DNA of 64,000 nt from NCBI GenBank assembly GCA_051313645.2, contig JBNRSN020000009.1, forward strand, positions 184,016,001-184,080,000. The letters run 5' to 3'. Every line of letters begins with the position of its first letter. Within the stretch, counting starts at the first letter, position 1. Positions 61,611-64,000 of this stretch are shown piece by piece. The DNA is from Centroscyllium fabricii. Lineage: Eukaryota. A program made the translations under genes and the position numbers. The notes below the pieces were generated by a model that did not search any database, was not told the origin of the DNA, and saw only the letters and a list, made by a program, of their open reading frames with translations.

Positions 61611-61953
61611 CAGAGAGGTGAATGGAAGGAGGAATTGTATTTGAGTTCTTTCAGTTATACAGCCCATAGTCTGCAACTTAATCCCAGGCTCTGAATCTCT
61701 GAATTTGGGAATGGTTGTATTTCAGAATGCAACTTGTTTTGGGGTTGCACTCAGTGTTGGCCGTGAGCGCGCTAAATGAGCGCGCATTCACGAACGCGTT
61801 CACATTTACGTGAACGCCGAACGAGCGGCTCTTTCCCGACAGCGTGAGCGAAAATCTGAGCGCCGCTCTGTTTGGAGTGAGTGAGCGGCGCTCTTCACGA
61901 GTCTGAATCGCTGCTGCTTGGGTCGGCGTCTCCAAGCCATCGGGACGGTAAGT

Positions 61954-62356
61954 GTCTCTCTCTGCACTGAGTGCTGCGGGGCAAAATCTCTCTCTCTCTG
62001 TCTCTCTCTGCACTGAGTGCTGCGGGGCAAAATCTCTCTCTCTCTGTCTCTCTCTGCACTGAGTGCTGCGGGGCAAAATCTCTCTCTCTGTCTCTCTCTG
62101 CACTGAGTGCTGCGGGGCAAAATCTCTCTCTCTCTGTCTCTCTCTGCACTGAGTGCTGCGGGGCAAAATCTCTCTCTCTCTCTGTCTGCACAGTGCTCTG
62201 CGGGGCAAAATCTCTCTCTCTCTGTCTCTCTGTCTGCACAGTGCTCTGCGGGGCAAAATCTCTCTGTCTCTCTGTCTGCACAGTGCTCTGCGGGGCAAAA
62301 TCTCTCTCTCTCTCTGTCTGCACAGTGCTCTGCAGGGCAAAATCTCTCTCTCTCTC
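61954..62356. repeat. Minisatellite of about 40-46 bp (CTGCAC..GTGCT..GCGGGGCAAAAT plus (CT)n)
   Basis: About 9 tandem units visible. Confidence 0.9.
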
Positions 62357-62360
62357 CTTT

Positions 62361-62745
62361 TTAGAAAGATAGGAGCAGGAGTAGGCCATTCAGCCCTTCA
62401 AGCCTGCTCCACCATTCAATGAGATCATGGCTGATCATCCAAACCCTGTAACCCGCCCCTGCCCTCTCCCCATATCCCTCGAGCCTGTACCGACACATAT
62501 CCCACCCTATCCCCGTAACCCCACACATTCAATCCCCCTAACACTAAGGGTCAATTTATCATGGCCAATCAACCTAACCCGCACATCTTTGGACTGTGGG
62601 AGGAAACCGGAGCACCCGGAGGAAACCCACGCAGACACGGGGAGAATGTGCAAACTCCACACAGATAGTACCCAAGGCTGGATTTGAACCCGGGTCTCCA
62701 GTGCTGTGAGACAGCAGTGCTAAGCACTGTGCCACCGTGCCGCCC
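62361..62745 (-). mobile_element. HE1-type V-SINE nested in the hAT
   Basis: Full-length copy. Confidence 0.88.
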
Positions 62746-63189
62746 TATATACTCAGCCTGTGTATATGCATACAGACAGTTCTCTATGTCGGATATTTGT
62801 TCCTCCTGCTTCATAATTTGCATTGAGGATGTTCTATTGAAAAATAATAGCTCGGGGCAGCGCATTAGAAGAAAAAAAGAAAAAAAAACGAACTTTGAAC
62901 TAGTTCATTTTTGAGCTGCGAACTTAAGTTCAAAATTCAAAATTATGAACTATGAACTTGAACTAGTTCATTTTAAAATGACTGAACTGAACTTTGAGCT
63001 AGCTCTTGTTAAGTGTGAACTTTCCCAACACTGGTTGCACTGTTGAGTAAAACACAAAAATGCCACAAAAACTCTGTGTGTATAGGAGAGGGAGAAGGTA
63101 GGGAAAAATTGTTTTAAACTGACATAACTGTAAGCATTAAAATAGCAAACATGAAAATTGAGGCAAGGTTGCACTGTGTAGTGTAGCTT

Positions 63190-64000
63190 CATGGCAGGCT
63201 GTGACTAATGGGGTACAGCAAGGATCGGTGCTTGGGCCCCAGCTTGGGCCCCAGCTATTCACAGTCTGTTTCAATGATTTGGATAAGGGGACTAAATGTA
63301 ACTTTTCCAAATTTGCTGATGATACAAAGAAGGTGGCAGTGTCAGTTGTGAAGAGGATGTGAAGAGGCTTCAAGGAGATCTCAACAAGCTCAGTGAGTGG
63401 GCGAGAACATAGCAGATGGAATATAACGTGGATAAATGTGACGTTAGCTACTCTGGTAGAAAAAGTAGAAAGGCAGAGTATTTCCTAAATGGGGAAAGAT
63501 TGGGGAATGCAGATGCTCAAAGAGACCTGGGTGTCCTTGTACATGAGTCACTGAAAGTGAATGTGCAGGTGCAGAAAGCCATTAGGAAGGCATATGGTAT
63601 GCTGGCCTTCATTACAAGAGGATTTGAGTACAGGAGTAAAGAAGTCTTACTCCAATTTTTTAGGGCGTTGATGAGACCACACCTGGAGGACTGTGTACAA
63701 TTTTAGTCTCCTTACCTAAGGAAGGATATACTTTTCATAGAGGGAGTGCAACGAAGGTTCACGAGATTGATTCCTGGGATGGCGGGACTGTCGTATGAGA
63801 AGAGATTGAGTAAACTAAACCTGTATTCTCTTGAATTCAGAAGAATGAGAGGGGATCTCATTGAAGCATACAAAATTATTACAGGGCTTGATAGGGTGAA
63901 TGCTGGGAGAATGTTTCCCTTGGCTGGGGAGTCTAGAACCAGGGGCCACAGCCTCAGGATAAAGGGTAGGCCATTCAGGACTGAGATGAGAAGAAATTTC
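63190..64000 (+). mobile_element. Degraded CR1 LINE ORF2 fragment, running off the window
   Basis: GVQQGSVLGP, FADD, RPHLE.CVQF with stops and frameshifts. Confidence 0.9.

Larger units (their letters stand above)
61752..63033. mobile_element. Non-autonomous hAT transposon
   Basis: TIR CAGTGTTGG/CCAACACTG; perfect 8-bp TSD GTTGCACT; subterminal GAAC/GTTC repeats. Confidence 0.88.

Noticed and set aside
61760-61953. Host CpG-island promoter with first exon
   Set aside because: Lies inside a hAT element defined by TIRs and an 8-bp TSD
61954-62356. Repeat-spacer appearance resembling a CRISPR array
   Set aside because: Spacers are only variable (CT)n tracts, the context is eukaryotic and there are no cas genes; it is a minisatellite

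Overview
Repeat-dense vertebrate DNA, very probably a cartilaginous fish (HE1-type V-SINEs, HER1/CR1 LINEs, DeuSINE-like SINEs, Penelope-like elements). The main observation is a lineage of Ty3/Gypsy LTR retrotransposons: three full-length copies from three distinct families (2897-7577, intact with apparently identical LTRs; 22958-27718; 39948-45395) plus three related solo LTRs. None of the three has a tRNA primer-binding site. Instead, 1 nt after the 5' LTR each has a 13-14 nt sequence complementary to the poly(A)-signal region of its own LTR, and this pairing co-varies between families. Their RT motif is YLDN rather than YxDD, and the PPT sits in a hairpin. The window also holds an integrase-only CsRn1-like element (tRNA-Trp PBS) fused in frame to a CR1 fragment, four fold-back Penelope insertions with minimal hammerhead ribozymes and about 12-bp TSDs, many Harbinger-, Tigger- and hAT-type MITEs, deep nesting, and six phase-compatible minus-strand exons of an unidentified host gene. 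All family assignments are by-eye recognition with no database searches, and boundaries of old repeats are approximate.
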